Assembly: GCA_944392795.1 (NCBI GenBank)
Contig: CALXXX010000019.1
Span: 15,916-79,915, forward strand
Source of the DNA: an uncultured Alphaproteobacteria bacterium
GTDB lineage: Bacteria; Pseudomonadota; Alphaproteobacteria; CAAHEQ01; UBA3637
Length of the DNA: 64,000 bases
Direction: 5' to 3'
Numbering within the stretch: position 1 is the stretch's first letter; the number at the start of each line of letters is the position of its first letter. The notes beneath the pieces were generated by a model. The model was not told where the DNA came from. It saw only the letters and a list, made by a program, of their open reading frames with translations, and searched no databases. The translations under genes and the position numbers were made by a program. Below, piece after piece: positions 19,573 through 29,754 of this stretch.

Positions 19573-20144
19573 AGCTTAAGTCGTATGTTTTTTACGGAGG
19601 AGTTGTCGCATTAACCAGTTGGATTCTTGGCTTTTGTTTATTTTGCGTATATGCCTTTAGTTTAAAATATACAGCTGTTCCTAATGTGGATGCGATTGTG
19701 GTTTTGACCGGAGGAGCAGATCGTATCAGTCGAGCAGTTGATTTACTTCGAGAAGGGAAAGCAGAAATGCTGTTTATTTCTGGTGTTAATGCTAAAGTCT
19801 CGTTAGGCGCCTTGTTTTCCGAAGCCGATGATGATTTAATTCCACGAATACATCTGGGCTATCTAGCCGACAACACGTATGAGAATGCAATGGAAACAGA
19901 TATGTGGATTCAAAAAAATAATGTTCAATCAGTCCTATTGGTGACAAGCTTTTATCATATGCCTCGGAGCTTATTTGAGATTGAGACACGAATACCTCAG
20001 CTTGTTGTATATCCTTATCCAGTTTTCCCAAAGGAAATGGGGCCACAATTCGTTCGTACGCGTAGTTTTTGGTTATTATTTGTCGAATATAACAAGTTTT
20101 TAGTTGTCGTTTTAAGATCGTTTTTAAGGAGCTTATTTATATGA
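19569..20144 (+). CDS. YdcF/ElyC-like DUF218 family protein
   Basis: DUF218 motifs (IVVLTGG..R...A..L...G.....ISG; NTYENA). The ATG overlaps the ftsX stop (ATGA). Confidence 0.65.
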   Translation: MKLKSYVFYGGVVALTSWILGFCLFCVYAFSLKYTAVPNVDAIVVLTGGADRISRAVDLLREGKAEMLFISGVNAKVSLGALFSEADDDLIPRIHLGYLADNTYENAMETDMWIQKNNVQSVLLVTSFYHMPRSLFEIETRIPQLVVYPYPVFPKEMGPQFVRTRSFWLLFVEYNKFLVVVLRSFLRSLFI

Positions 20145-20860
20145 AAAAAGGCATCGTTGTTGTTCGTTCATTGATTTTTATGGTGTTGTTTTATAGTTAT
20201 ACTTTATTATGGGGTGTTGCGTGTGTAGTGGCCTTTTTTGGAACTGCAAAAGCCGCAAATTGGGTTCCCCGAAGTTGGGCGCACATGAATCGTTTTATGC
20301 TTCGTTGGGTGTGCGGCATACGGATAGAAATCAAAGGACTGGAAAATTTACCATCGCAAGATGGATATATTATTGCGTCGAAACACGAATCTGCGATGGA
20401 GACAGTTTTATTTCATATGATGGTTCCTAATGGCATTTATGTTTTGAAAAGAATATTACTTTGGATACCCATTGCCGGGTGGTATTTTTTTAAAACGGGG
20501 AGCATTGCCATAGATCGTAAAGCCGGAACAAAAGCTATGAGAGATTTATTGGAAAAATCTAAGGCAAGGTTAAGGGATGGGTTTAATATTATGATTTTTC
20601 CAGAGGGGACCCGTATGAAGCCGCGCGTTCCGACACATTATAATCCAGGTGTTGCTTTAATTTATGATGAATGTCATGTTCCGGTAGTTCCTGTTGCGTT
20701 GAATACAGGATATTTTTGGCCAAAAAATTCATTTTGGCGCTATCCAGGAGTGTGTACTTTTGAATTTCTCCCGCCGATAGAGCCTGGTCTGCCTCGGAGA
20801 GAGTTTTTGGTTAAACTGGAAAAACAAATAGAAGAAGCGTGTGCAGCGCTAAATCCTTGA
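20141..20860 (+). CDS. plsC: 1-acyl-sn-glycerol-3-phosphate acyltransferase family (lysophospholipid acyltransferase)
   Basis: Acyltransferase blocks (H(x4)E-like ..SKHESAMET; FPEGTR). Confidence 0.8.
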   Translation: MKKGIVVVRSLIFMVLFYSYTLLWGVACVVAFFGTAKAANWVPRSWAHMNRFMLRWVCGIRIEIKGLENLPSQDGYIIASKHESAMETVLFHMMVPNGIYVLKRILLWIPIAGWYFFKTGSIAIDRKAGTKAMRDLLEKSKARLRDGFNIMIFPEGTRMKPRVPTHYNPGVALIYDECHVPVVPVALNTGYFWPKNSFWRYPGVCTFEFLPPIEPGLPRREFLVKLEKQIEEACAALNP

Positions 20861-20914
20861 CAGTTTTTTAAAAGCTTTTTATCATAAAAAAATCTACATG
20901 AAAGGGAGGTTCTT

Positions 20915-21835
20915 ATGGTTCAAAAGAAAAATGAAAAGAAAACACTAGAAAAAGAAGAAACACAAGTATGTGAGCCCTCTTATAAAGGGTTGGCTTATTT
21001 GTTGGTTATTTTTCTATTATTCGAATTTATTGTATTGTGCGTCGTTGCATTTAAGTATGATGTCTCATTTAAGCCAAAAAATGAGTGTCGTTCTTATGTG
21101 ATGCAGGCACTTCGTCGAGAACAAATGCGTCGCATGCGCTCTCCGGAACAGATGTATCGTCATGAAAGACATGAAAAGGTTCGCTCCGTGCCAGGTGTGC
21201 GTCCAGGTGTTCATCATGGTCGTCCTGTCCCAGCGCCTCATGACGTGCGTTCAAAAGCTCGTCCAGGACATCCTGCACCGGTAGCTCATGGTATGCAACA
21301 AAAGGTGAAAAAGACGCCTCATCTTGTTCCACCTCAAAAAGCAGTGAAGAAACCTTTTACTGAAAAAGATATGCCGGCTGTTACAAGAAAAGCACCAGCC
21401 TGTCCTCCACCAGTTCCACGTAAGGCTAAGTATAATCCGGAGGAATATGCACCATATGCTCAAAAGGGAAACGCGTCTATCCAAGGAAAATTATGTTTCC
21501 CATTGGCGGATGGTTCAGAAAAATGCTTTGCTAATACAACAGTCTTTATCAATCCTGTGACGACTTATTCTGATGAATGGTATAATCGTGGTTGGGCCGG
21601 ACGGGAATACTTGGCAACAGCGGATAAGCGCGTTATTCCATTTAATAAAATGGTCAAAACAGATAAAGATGGAAACTTTGCTTTTAAAGATTTAGCGCCT
21701 GGTTCTTATTATGTCGGAACGATGGTCTGCTTACCAAAGACAAAGGATGCTAAGGCTTGCGCTTATACGCGTTGGGCAGCAAAAGTGACAATGAAGCGTA
21801 TGGTAAAGCCTACTTTCAAAAAGGTTTATCCGTAA
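20915..21835 (+). CDS. hypothetical membrane-anchored protein with a basic/Pro-rich linker and a C-terminal CarboxypepD_reg-like beta-sandwich
   Basis: Single N-terminal TM. Pro/His/Arg-rich low-complexity segment. C-terminal motif DGNFAFKDLAPGSYYV resembles carboxypeptidase-regulatory/transthyretin-like domains. Confidence 0.5.
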   Translation: MVQKKNEKKTLEKEETQVCEPSYKGLAYLLVIFLLFEFIVLCVVAFKYDVSFKPKNECRSYVMQALRREQMRRMRSPEQMYRHERHEKVRSVPGVRPGVHHGRPVPAPHDVRSKARPGHPAPVAHGMQQKVKKTPHLVPPQKAVKKPFTEKDMPAVTRKAPACPPPVPRKAKYNPEEYAPYAQKGNASIQGKLCFPLADGSEKCFANTTVFINPVTTYSDEWYNRGWAGREYLATADKRVIPFNKMVKTDKDGNFAFKDLAPGSYYVGTMVCLPKTKDAKACAYTRWAAKVTMKRMVKPTFKKVYP

Positions 21836-21852
21836 GCTTTTTGCTTTTTAAT

Positions 21853-21888
21853 AAAAAAGGACTCTGTTAAAAACAGAGTCCTTTTTGT
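21853..21888 (+). terminator. intrinsic terminator (GGACTCTGT-taaaaa-ACAGAGTCC + T5)
   Basis: Perfect 9-bp stem with a T-tract, directly after the 20915..21835 CDS. Confidence 0.7.
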
Positions 21889-21968
21889 ATAATTTTACAT
21901 AAAAAAATTGACTTGTGTTTTTTTTATGGTTACAAAAAAATAAGGTTGTTTTTTGTCAGGAGGTATGT

Positions 21969-22445
21969 ATGAAAAATACGATTTCTTCACCAATTTTAGA
22001 TAATACATTTATTTTTGACCTGTTCCAAAAGAAAATGAGGCGTGTATGGAAACAAATTCGTACAACTGTAAATTTACAATCAACAGATTGCCAAGGGTAT
22101 TCGTTACTTCACATGTCTGTTTTTTTAGGGCTGCGACCTTTGAGTGAATTTTTGATCCGTCAAGGAGCAGATGTTAATGCACGTAGTAAGACAAAATTTA
22201 CACCTCTTCATTTGGCCGCGCATCAGGCAAATGAAGAAATGATTAAAATGTTATTGGCCTATGGTGCACGAACCGATTTGAAAGATTATCTTCATCGGAC
22301 ACCTTTAGCGTACATGAAAACACTTGACTTCTCGGATAAAAGAAACGAAGCACGCGCTTGCATGGAATTATTAAAAAGAACGGTTCGCATTCAATCACAT
22401 GAAACAGCTCATTTAAGGAATAGGTTGTTAACGCATACACGTTAA
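21969..22445 (+). CDS. ankyrin-repeat protein
   Basis: Canonical ANK repeats (GYSLLHMSVFLGLRPLSEFLIRQGADVNARSKTKFTPLHLAAHQANEEMIKMLLAYGARTDLKD..RTPL). Start at ATG 21969, preceded by GGAGG. Confidence 0.7.
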   Translation: MKNTISSPILDNTFIFDLFQKKMRRVWKQIRTTVNLQSTDCQGYSLLHMSVFLGLRPLSEFLIRQGADVNARSKTKFTPLHLAAHQANEEMIKMLLAYGARTDLKDYLHRTPLAYMKTLDFSDKRNEARACMELLKRTVRIQSHETAHLRNRLLTHTR

Positions 22446-22888
22446 AAATGTATCCGCTCTTCAAGTAATTTTAATCCTTTTTGTGTCCACCGTTTTAAAA
22501 AAGATGGTTTTTCCTTGGCTTTGTTTTCTTTGAGCTCAAGCAATAACCGAGCATGATGATATCGCTCTAGATACAGTTTTCGCCAAGCGGCCATTTCTGA
22601 TAAACTTTTTTGTGTCAAATCAAAGAAACGAGGAGGGTTATTATACATTTTTTGAACAAGCTCCATCACTTTTTCTTTTGATATCCGTGAATGAATGCAA
22701 GTTCCATTTTTGGCAATTTCCTCGGCCTTACGTGTTGAGATTTGAGCACGTAAGTGTTTGTTTTGATTTTGAAGAGATTGAATTTCTTTTTGAATTTCGA
22801 CAAAGGATAAGTCCTCTGTTTGGGAAAGAACTTTTCTGACCGTCATCACAGCTTTCCCAACTGTGGGCGGTTTTGTATCGTGTATCAT
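22442..22888 (-). CDS. hypothetical protein (coiled-coil rich)
   Basis: 148-aa ORF with no recognisable family. Convergent with the ankyrin gene. Confidence 0.45.
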   Translation of the reverse strand: MIHDTKPPTVGKAVMTVRKVLSQTEDLSFVEIQKEIQSLQNQNKHLRAQISTRKAEEIAKNGTCIHSRISKEKVMELVQKMYNNPPRFFDLTQKSLSEMAAWRKLYLERYHHARLLLELKENKAKEKPSFLKRWTQKGLKLLEERIHF

Positions 22889-22975
22889 AAAAACTCCTTT
22901 AGAAGGACATTATAACACAAACTCTCTCAAAAATCAAGGGAGGTTCTCAAGTTTCTCGTTTTGCGCGTATGGCGT

Positions 22976-23557
22976 TTATTCCTCTTTTCGAGATACAATA
23001 ACTAAAGCTTCGCGTAGCACACGATCTCCACCAATTGTGTAGCCCTTTTGCCATTCTTGAAGAACGGTTCCATTCGGCTTCTCCGGATCAGAGATTTCTT
23101 GGATAGCTTTTTGGAAATTGGGATCAAAGGGTTTGCCGACGGATTCGATTTCTTTGACACCATTTTTTTCAAGAGCTGTTTGTAATTCTTTTTGCGTCAT
23201 GACAATCCCTTCAAAGAGACTTTTTAAATAAGCATTATTTTCTAGCTCTGTCGGGATAGGTAAGGCCAGAGCTCTTGCGAGATTATCTGCAACAGGTAAT
23301 AAAGCTAAGGCAAAGTCAGCAATGGCAATTTTGGCATTTTTTTCGATTTCAATTTGAGATCGCTTTTTCACATTTTCCATTTCAGCATAAGCTCTCATGA
23401 ACTTATCCCGGAGTTCGGTTGTCTCTTTTTCAAGCTTTTTAATTGTTTCCGCTTGATTGAATGAGGCGTTTTCCATTTTTTCTGACTGTTTTTTTTCAGG
23501 CTGTTCTAGTTTTTTTTCTTCTTTTTTGATGTGTTTTTCTTGATTTTTCTGTGTCAT
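22976..23557 (-). CDS. grpE: nucleotide exchange factor GrpE
   Basis: GrpE core (..R..AE.EN.KKR...E.......A.......LLPV.DNL.RAL...). Confidence 0.9.
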   Translation of the reverse strand: MTQKNQEKHIKKEEKKLEQPEKKQSEKMENASFNQAETIKKLEKETTELRDKFMRAYAEMENVKKRSQIEIEKNAKIAIADFALALLPVADNLARALALPIPTELENNAYLKSLFEGIVMTQKELQTALEKNGVKEIESVGKPFDPNFQKAIQEISDPEKPNGTVLQEWQKGYTIGGDRVLREALVIVSRKEE

Positions 23558-23644
23558 GGTTTATCCTTTTCAAAAAAACGACTTAAGACTATATGTAGGA
23601 AAAGTTTTCACATTTTGCAAGATTTATTATTAAAAGGATTAAAA

Positions 23645-24361
23645 ATGAGAGTAAATAATCGAAAATCAAATGAGTTGCGCTCTGTTACGCTAACACCGAA
23701 CGTTAATTGTTATGCAGAAGGTTCTTGTTTAATTAAATGCGGTCGAACACATGTTTTATGTATGGCTTCATTAGAAGAGCGCGTTCCTGCCTGGGTGAAA
23801 GGGAGCGGGACAGGTTGGGTAACGGCTGAGTATGGAATGTTGCCGCGAGCAACAGGGACACGGACAGACCGTGAAGCGAAAAAAGGACAAACCGGTCGAA
23901 CCCATGAGATACAAAGGTTGATAGGTCGAGCATTGCGTGCCGCTGTCGATTTAAAAGCCATGGGCGAGGTTTCTATCAAGGTTGATTGTGATGTGCTGCA
24001 AGCAGATGGTGGGACGCGAACAGCTTCTATTACGGGGGGCTTTGTGGCGTTGGCGTTAGCTTGTCATCAGCTTGTTCAAAAAGGGATCTTAAAACAAAAT
24101 CCGTTAATAACAACCGTTTCTGCTATTTCTTGCGGTATTTATGGTGGAGAAGCTCTGTTGGATTTAGATTATGAAGAGGATTCTCATGCGGATACAGATG
24201 CTAATTTCGTAATGACAGGAGATGGCGGTATTGTTGAAATTCAAGGAACAGCAGAAGGGAAACCTTTTTCAGAAACAGATTTTTTGAGGTTATTAGAATT
24301 AGCTAAAAAAGGCACTTCTGAATTGGCTCGATTGCAGCAAGAAATTTTGGAGGGCAAATAA
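23645..24361 (+). CDS. rph: ribonuclease PH
   Basis: R..R..NELR.V.......AEGS.L...G.T.VLC.AS... and [13 protein letters not shown] signature. Start moved to ATG 23645 ([12 protein letters not shown]). Confidence 0.92.
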   Translation: MRVNNRKSNELRSVTLTPNVNCYAEGSCLIKCGRTHVLCMASLEERVPAWVKGSGTGWVTAEYGMLPRATGTRTDREAKKGQTGRTHEIQRLIGRALRAAVDLKAMGEVSIKVDCDVLQADGGTRTASITGGFVALALACHQLVQKGILKQNPLITTVSAISCGIYGGEALLDLDYEEDSHADTDANFVMTGDGGIVEIQGTAEGKPFSETDFLRLLELAKKGTSELARLQQEILEGK

Positions 24362-24951
24362 TGACAAAACAGCTGATTTTTGCTTCTCGGAACGCGGGTA
24401 AGATTAAAGAAATTCGTTCTTTGTTGAAGCCGTTAGGTGTTGAAGTTCTATCGGCAATTGAAGCCGACTTACCAGAGGTTGAAGAAACAGGAGAAACTTT
24501 TGCAGAAAATGCCTCATTAAAAGCATCTTCTGCCGCTTTATCAGCAGGCCTTCCGGCATTAGCGGATGATTCTGGATTATGTATTCATGCTTTAAAAAAT
24601 GCGCCTGGTGTTCAAACAGCTAGATATGCACAGAAATGTGGAGGCTATGATTCAGCTTTTGCGGATATTTTAAAAAAGTTGGAGGGTAAGTCTGATTGGA
24701 CAGCTCATTTTTCTTGTGCTATTGCCTTAGCGTTTCCGAATGGAACGATAAAGACTTATGAAGGAAAATGTGAAGGGCGTATTGTTCAACCCAAAGGGAT
24801 AGACGGTTTTGGATTCGATCCGATTTTTGAGCCGAAAGGATATACGCAAACTTTTGCTGAATTACCGGAAGAGGTTAAAAACCAAATTTCTCATCGTGGT
24901 CGTGCGATGAGAGCCTTTTTGGCTGATTTTGAAAATCTTATTGAAATGTGA
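24361..24951 (+). CDS. rdgB: non-canonical purine NTP pyrophosphatase (dITP/XTP diphosphatase)
   Basis: Ham1 family motifs (FASRNAGKIKE; DDSGLC; GFGFDPIFEP). Conserved rph-rdgB adjacency. Confidence 0.9.
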   Translation: MTKQLIFASRNAGKIKEIRSLLKPLGVEVLSAIEADLPEVEETGETFAENASLKASSAALSAGLPALADDSGLCIHALKNAPGVQTARYAQKCGGYDSAFADILKKLEGKSDWTAHFSCAIALAFPNGTIKTYEGKCEGRIVQPKGIDGFGFDPIFEPKGYTQTFAELPEEVKNQISHRGRAMRAFLADFENLIEM

Positions 24952-25405
24952 TGGTTAAGGTTTTGTTTTCCCCGCTGGACGTGCAATTACCACTTCCAGT
25001 TCCACAAGTGACGCTTGTTGCATAAGGCCAATCACGCGCAGTCAAAAGGGTGCACTCATCGGCTGGTATTTCAGACGCACTGACAGTTAAAGAGTCTGGG
25101 GTGCTGCTGAGACAATAAGAACCATCAAAAGGATTTGCGTTCGGAACATTATCAGTACATCCTTCTGGGAAAATATCATTTTCGCAAAGTTGTTTTAAGT
25201 TGATGGCGGGATAAGAGCGTCTCCAAGAATAAAGTTTAGCGGTTTCGTCACCTATATAAGAAATGGAATCATGTAACTGACTGCTTTTAAGTTTCAAACG
25301 AGCTTGTCCGAAGCCGGCTAAAGCGCCAATAGAAATAATACCGATAATCATTAAAACGGCCAGCATTTCAATCATGCTTCGTCCATATTGTGTCGCTTGT
25401 GTCAT
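24938..25405 (-). CDS. pilin-like protein with prepilin-type N-terminal cleavage/methylation-like domain (paralog 1)
   Basis: Short leader MTQATQYG, then RSMIEMLAVLMIIGIISIGALAGF (Glu at +5, hydrophobic helix), which is the class-III signal architecture. Strong RBS AAAAGGAGAAAAAAT before ATG 25405. Cys-containing C-terminal globular part. Confidence 0.6.
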   Translation of the reverse strand: MTQATQYGRSMIEMLAVLMIIGIISIGALAGFGQARLKLKSSQLHDSISYIGDETAKLYSWRRSYPAINLKQLCENDIFPEGCTDNVPNANPFDGSYCLSSTPDSLTVSASEIPADECTLLTARDWPYATSVTCGTGSGNCTSSGENKTLTITFQ

Positions 25406-25430
25406 ATTTTTTCTCCTTTTTTTAGTCAGT

Positions 25431-26567
25431 TTAACGCGAAAGCGCTTGAAATACAACTTCTTTTTCAGAAGGGCACCCTAGGTTTAGCCATATTTCTTTA
25501 TAGTATTTAAAAGCCTGGTTTAACTCTTTTTCAGTTGTTTTCCCTTGTCGAAGCATGTCTTCTACCCTAAAGGGGAACTTAGGTTCTTTCCATTTTTGAA
25601 TATCTTGAAAGCTTTTTTGTGTCATGTGACGGCGACAGATGAGTTCTTTTCGCTGAACGGCTTGAGCTCCATAAAGAAAAAGGGCTTTTTGTCTGTTTGG
25701 TTCTTGTAACGCTTTTCTGAGAGCTGTTAAAGCTCGTCGTTCTTTGTTTTGGAGCCATGTCGGTGCGGGACTTTGAGGGATAAAAGCACACAAACGTGCA
25801 ATGATATCCGGTTTGTTTAATAAATTTAATCGTCTTTCTCGTGCAATCACTCGACGTAAAGCTTTAAAATTCCAAGGTCCGCTAATCATTTCTTTTAAAA
25901 CGCCTGTTCGAGCCATATAACGTAAAACGATATCCGCTCGTGGTAAAGCGAAGATTTTCATCATTTCATCATGTAGCCTTTGCAAAGAAAGGATACTTAT
26001 TTTTTTGCGTGCTGTGTGACAAGCGTGTAAGGCTTTTTTATCCGGTTTTCCTTTTCCGAAGCGCCCCCAAAATCTGAAAAAGCGCAAAATACGCAAATAG
26101 TCTTCTTCGATACGTTTTGTTGGTTCACCGATAAAACGAACATGTCCTTTTTTTAAATCTCGCAACCCATGAAAAAAATCTAAAATATCACCAGTCTGAT
26201 TCATATAGAGAGCGTTTATTGTAAAATCTCGACGAGCTGCATCTTCCTTGATTGAAGTGCCAAAGGTAACTTCAGCATGTCGACCATCGGTGTGAATGTC
26301 TTTCCGAAAAGTTGTTAATTCCACATGATGCTTTTTATAAATAACCGTTACGGTTCCAAAAGCTAAACCGGTCGGAACCACACAACAACCGGCAGCTTTT
26401 AACTTTTTAGTCGCTTCCTCGGGTAAAAGAGGGGTTGCCATATCAATATCATTTCCGGAGATATGCAGAATTTTATCTCGAACGGCTCCTCCGACGAAGT
26501 AAACCTGTTCAGCAAGTGTTTCTAAAACTTTTTGTGCGGCTTTATTGTCTAAAAAATTTTTGTTCAT
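25431..26567 (-). CDS. cca: CCA tRNA nucleotidyltransferase (poly(A) polymerase/CCA-adding family)
   Basis: Pol-beta-like NT motif (..YFVGGAVRDKIL.....DIDMAT). Confidence 0.85.
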   Translation of the reverse strand: MNKNFLDNKAAQKVLETLAEQVYFVGGAVRDKILHISGNDIDMATPLLPEEATKKLKAAGCCVVPTGLAFGTVTVIYKKHHVELTTFRKDIHTDGRHAEVTFGTSIKEDAARRDFTINALYMNQTGDILDFFHGLRDLKKGHVRFIGEPTKRIEEDYLRILRFFRFWGRFGKGKPDKKALHACHTARKKISILSLQRLHDEMMKIFALPRADIVLRYMARTGVLKEMISGPWNFKALRRVIARERRLNLLNKPDIIARLCAFIPQSPAPTWLQNKERRALTALRKALQEPNRQKALFLYGAQAVQRKELICRRHMTQKSFQDIQKWKEPKFPFRVEDMLRQGKTTEKELNQAFKYYKEIWLNLGCPSEKEVVFQALSR

Positions 26568-26809
26568 AATCTTATTCTAGCCTTTTTCTTCTTAAAAGCC
26601 GAGTCGTTTTTTTATTTTGATTCAAATTTATGCGAAAATGAAAATTTATCTTCTTTTAATGAGTCCTTTTAACTTAAAACAGCTGTTTTTAAATACTATA
26701 GGTTGTGGTTTATTGTTTCTAAAGATACTAAATTTGACTTTTGGTTAAAAATGTGTTAATAAATAATTCCATGTTATGTATACCTCTAAATTTCTAGAAA
26801 GGCCATACC

Positions 26810-27547
26810 ATGATTTCTATCCAGAAACTATCTCCTGAATTTCAACTTCTACAACATGACACCTCACTTTTTTCCTCCGAGACGGAGGCTCGCGTTAACG
26901 AGTTATGGCAGGCGGCTCTTTCGACATCGAATAGCCGCCTTTTTAATGGTCTCGTCTTTTCGGCGGATACAGTGAAGCCAGACTGTATTTCCGGTTCTTT
27001 TGTCGAATATCGTTATTTAATTGCGCAGAGAATGGATCCTCGATTAAAACAAGTTTTAAATATCAATCCTGTTTCAGTGATGGGTTTTTTAAGCTGTAAA
27101 GATGGTGTTTTGTTCGGAAAACGTCCTGAATGGGTTGCGACGCGTCCGAATGAATGGGGTTTTTTACCGTCTAGCTATATAAAACCGGATGTTTTTTCTC
27201 ATGACGGTTGTCTTGACTATGTTAAGTCATTTTTAGTTGAGTTGAAAAACGAGTTGAATATTGAAGCACAAGACTTAAATGATTTTTCTCATCATTCATT
27301 GGTTGTGGAGAGGACTTTGGAAGGAGATCACTACGCCTTAGTGATGAAAGCAGATGTGGCATTGTCCGTCTTTAGCATTAAAAATGCGCATTTAAATGCT
27401 TCAGAAGACGAATATGCAGATGTTGTCGCGGTTCATCCGTATGAGTTGGATTCTTTTATGGCAGATAAAACCGGACGAGATATATCCATTGCCGCCAGCT
27501 TATTAGCAGATGAGGGATATTTAGCTCTTGAATCTGATTGCGCATAA
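26810..27547 (+). CDS. hypothetical protein (possibly degenerate NUDIX-like fold)
   Basis: 245-aa cytosolic ORF with no canonical Nudix box. Placement next to cca resembles alphaproteobacterial nudix-cca neighbourhoods. Confidence 0.45.
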   Translation: MISIQKLSPEFQLLQHDTSLFSSETEARVNELWQAALSTSNSRLFNGLVFSADTVKPDCISGSFVEYRYLIAQRMDPRLKQVLNINPVSVMGFLSCKDGVLFGKRPEWVATRPNEWGFLPSSYIKPDVFSHDGCLDYVKSFLVELKNELNIEAQDLNDFSHHSLVVERTLEGDHYALVMKADVALSVFSIKNAHLNASEDEYADVVAVHPYELDSFMADKTGRDISIAASLLADEGYLALESDCA

Positions 27548-27562
27548 GCGTATAACAAAAAT

Positions 27563-28720
27563 ATGATGATTGATACAAATGAAAAACTGGCGGCTTTGTG
27601 CGCTCGTTTGGAGCGTTCGCCTTTTATTACAGTTGACACGGAATTTATTCGTGAAAAGACATATTGGCCTGAATTATGTCTGATTCAAATTGCCGATGAA
27701 AAAGAAGCAGCGTGTGTTGATCCGTTAGCTTCGGGATTAGACTTATCTCCTCTTTTGTCATTGATGCAAAATCCTCGTGTTTTGAAGGTTTTTCACTCCG
27801 GTCGACAAGATATTGAAATTTTTTATCATTTAATGCATGCAGTTCCGGCTCCTGTGTTTGATACACAAATCGGTGCGATGGTTCTGGGGCTTGGAGAGAG
27901 TGTGTCGTATCAGGCTTTAGTTCACTCTTTTTTAAAAATAGAGCTTGATAAGTCTGCTCGATTTACGGATTGGTCGCATCGTCCGCTGACAAAAAAGCAG
28001 GTGGAATATGCCCTGTCTGACGTGGTTCATTTAGTTCCCATTTATCAAAAAATGATACAGCGTTTAGATGAGCAAAAAAGAACTTCGTGGGTACAAAATG
28101 AAATGGATCATTTGATTGATCCGAGTTTATATGATGTGGATCCCATGGAGGTTTATAAACGCGTTAAACGCACAACGGATCAGCCTCTTTTTGTCGCGTT
28201 ATTGCAGGCGTTGTGTGCTTGGAGAGAGCGATTAGCACAAAGTTTAAATCGTCCTCGTCGATTGATTTTGAAGGATGAAGCTTTGTTAGAATTGGCAGCT
28301 TCTCGACCTCAGACTTTGGAAGATTTATCCCAGATGCGTCAAATGCCCTCGGGCATCATTAAAAAGCACGGGGAGGAAATTTTAACGGTAATAAAAGAGG
28401 TTTTATCTTCGCCTTCAGAAAAATGGCCTCATCTCATTAAAGTAAAGCCATTAAGCTCTGCTCAAAAGAATATAAAAGAAATGCTGCGGCTTTTGTTGAC
28501 AATTGTGTGTGAGCAAGCCGGAGTTGCTCCTAAAGTTGTGGCTTCAAATGAGGATTTGGAAGCATTGGCTCGTTCTGAAAATCCGGATATTCCGGCGATG
28601 AAAGGTTTTCGATATGAGCTTTTTGGTCGTTCGGCACAGGCTTTTAAAGCGGGACAACTCGCACTGGTGTTTGATCCTAAAAGTCATAAAATGCTTTTTA
28701 TGGAGCGGCAGAAAATATAA
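27563..28720 (+). CDS. rnd: ribonuclease D
   Basis: DEDDy 3'-5' exonuclease motifs (ITVDTEF; HSGRQDIE; YALSDV) plus an HRDC-like C-terminus. Confidence 0.85.
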   Translation: MMIDTNEKLAALCARLERSPFITVDTEFIREKTYWPELCLIQIADEKEAACVDPLASGLDLSPLLSLMQNPRVLKVFHSGRQDIEIFYHLMHAVPAPVFDTQIGAMVLGLGESVSYQALVHSFLKIELDKSARFTDWSHRPLTKKQVEYALSDVVHLVPIYQKMIQRLDEQKRTSWVQNEMDHLIDPSLYDVDPMEVYKRVKRTTDQPLFVALLQALCAWRERLAQSLNRPRRLILKDEALLELAASRPQTLEDLSQMRQMPSGIIKKHGEEILTVIKEVLSSPSEKWPHLIKVKPLSSAQKNIKEMLRLLLTIVCEQAGVAPKVVASNEDLEALARSENPDIPAMKGFRYELFGRSAQAFKAGQLALVFDPKSHKMLFMERQKI

Positions 28721-28737
28721 TAAAAAGGAGAAAAACT

Positions 28738-29250
28738 ATGGATGCTATGACAAATTTACTGACCCATCGTTCAGTTCGAGCCTATCGCTCTGGTCAAAAA
28801 ATCCCAAAAGAAAAGTTGGAGAGTATTTTAAAAGCAGGTATGTATGCTCCATCAGCAATGCATAAAAGTCCTTGGGCTTTTGTTGTTATTCAAGATCCTC
28901 AAAAATTGGAAGAAATAACACATATTCATCCGCATGCACATTTTGTGACGGAGGCGGGATGTGCAATTGTTGTTTGTGCCGATAAATCTGCCGCTTATGA
29001 AGATTATTGGTGTGTAGATCCTTTGTTGGCCGCTCAAAATATTTTGTTAGCGGCGCATGCAGAAGGTTTTGGAACGTGTTGGTGTGGTGTATATCCGACT
29101 AAAGAACGAATGGCTGCTTTTTCGATATTGCTTTCATTGCCGGCTCATATTCAACCGATGGCTTTGATAGCTCTTGGTGTTCCGAAAGATAAAGCAGCTC
29201 AACCAAAGGATCAATTTAATCCGACGCTTATTCATCAGGAACAGTGGTAA
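28738..29250 (+). CDS. nitroreductase family protein
   Basis: HRSVRAY.......E....IL.AG..APSA...PW.FVV motif of the NfsB/FRase family. Confidence 0.75.
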   Translation: MDAMTNLLTHRSVRAYRSGQKIPKEKLESILKAGMYAPSAMHKSPWAFVVIQDPQKLEEITHIHPHAHFVTEAGCAIVVCADKSAAYEDYWCVDPLLAAQNILLAAHAEGFGTCWCGVYPTKERMAAFSILLSLPAHIQPMALIALGVPKDKAAQPKDQFNPTLIHQEQW

Positions 29251-29252
29251 GC

Positions 29253-29666
29253 TTATTCTGTGTAAGTGAAAGATACTGTAACGTCTTCTTGATTTCCGCA
29301 GATATCTGTACTTCCAGTAAACAGAGCGTCGTTAGCATGGATTGTATGTGTTTTTTCAAGCTTGGGTAAGACGGCTCGACAAACCTTCCATGGAACTTGG
29401 GTTGTCATGGTGAAGCGATAAGGTGTTTCTATTGTGATATTCAGGATGTCTACATCGGATAGCTTATAAGAGCTGCCGGCAGAGAGGCCTCGCCAATCAT
29501 CGCGCAGGACCATTTCTTTTGTCGCATAGCTGACTTCTGAGGCAATATGAATAGCTTGTCCACTGGTTCTTGCTTGAACTAATCCCCATAGGCCGCCGAT
29601 TGACAAAGCTCCCATGATGGCTAGGACAGCTAACATTTCCAGCATTGAACGTCCGAGTTGTGTCAT
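29253..29666 (-). CDS. pilin-like protein with prepilin-type N-terminal domain (paralog 2)
   Basis: Leader MTQLG, then RSMLEMLAVLAIMGALSIGGLWG. The RBS context (AAAGGAGAAAAAATGAC) is nearly identical to that of paralog 1. Confidence 0.6.
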   Translation of the reverse strand: MTQLGRSMLEMLAVLAIMGALSIGGLWGLVQARTSGQAIHIASEVSYATKEMVLRDDWRGLSAGSSYKLSDVDILNITIETPYRFTMTTQVPWKVCRAVLPKLEKTHTIHANDALFTGSTDICGNQEDVTVSFTYTE

Positions 29667-29754
29667 TTTTTCTCCTTTAAAATAAAATAAGATATTTCTA
29701 GGGTTGTTTCAAGAGCAAAGATAATTTTGCAAGAAAAAAGTAATTACTTTGTTA

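Noticed and set aside
23531-23644. N-terminal extension of rph ([13 protein letters not shown]...)
   Set aside because: It overlaps the grpE 5' region on the other strand, and RNase PH conservation begins at [12 protein letters not shown]. Start moved to 23645.
26810-27547. Calling this ORF a CoA pyrophosphatase (NudL) by synteny with cca
   Set aside because: No intact Nudix box (Gx5Ex7REUxEExGU) could be found in the translation, so it is left as hypothetical.
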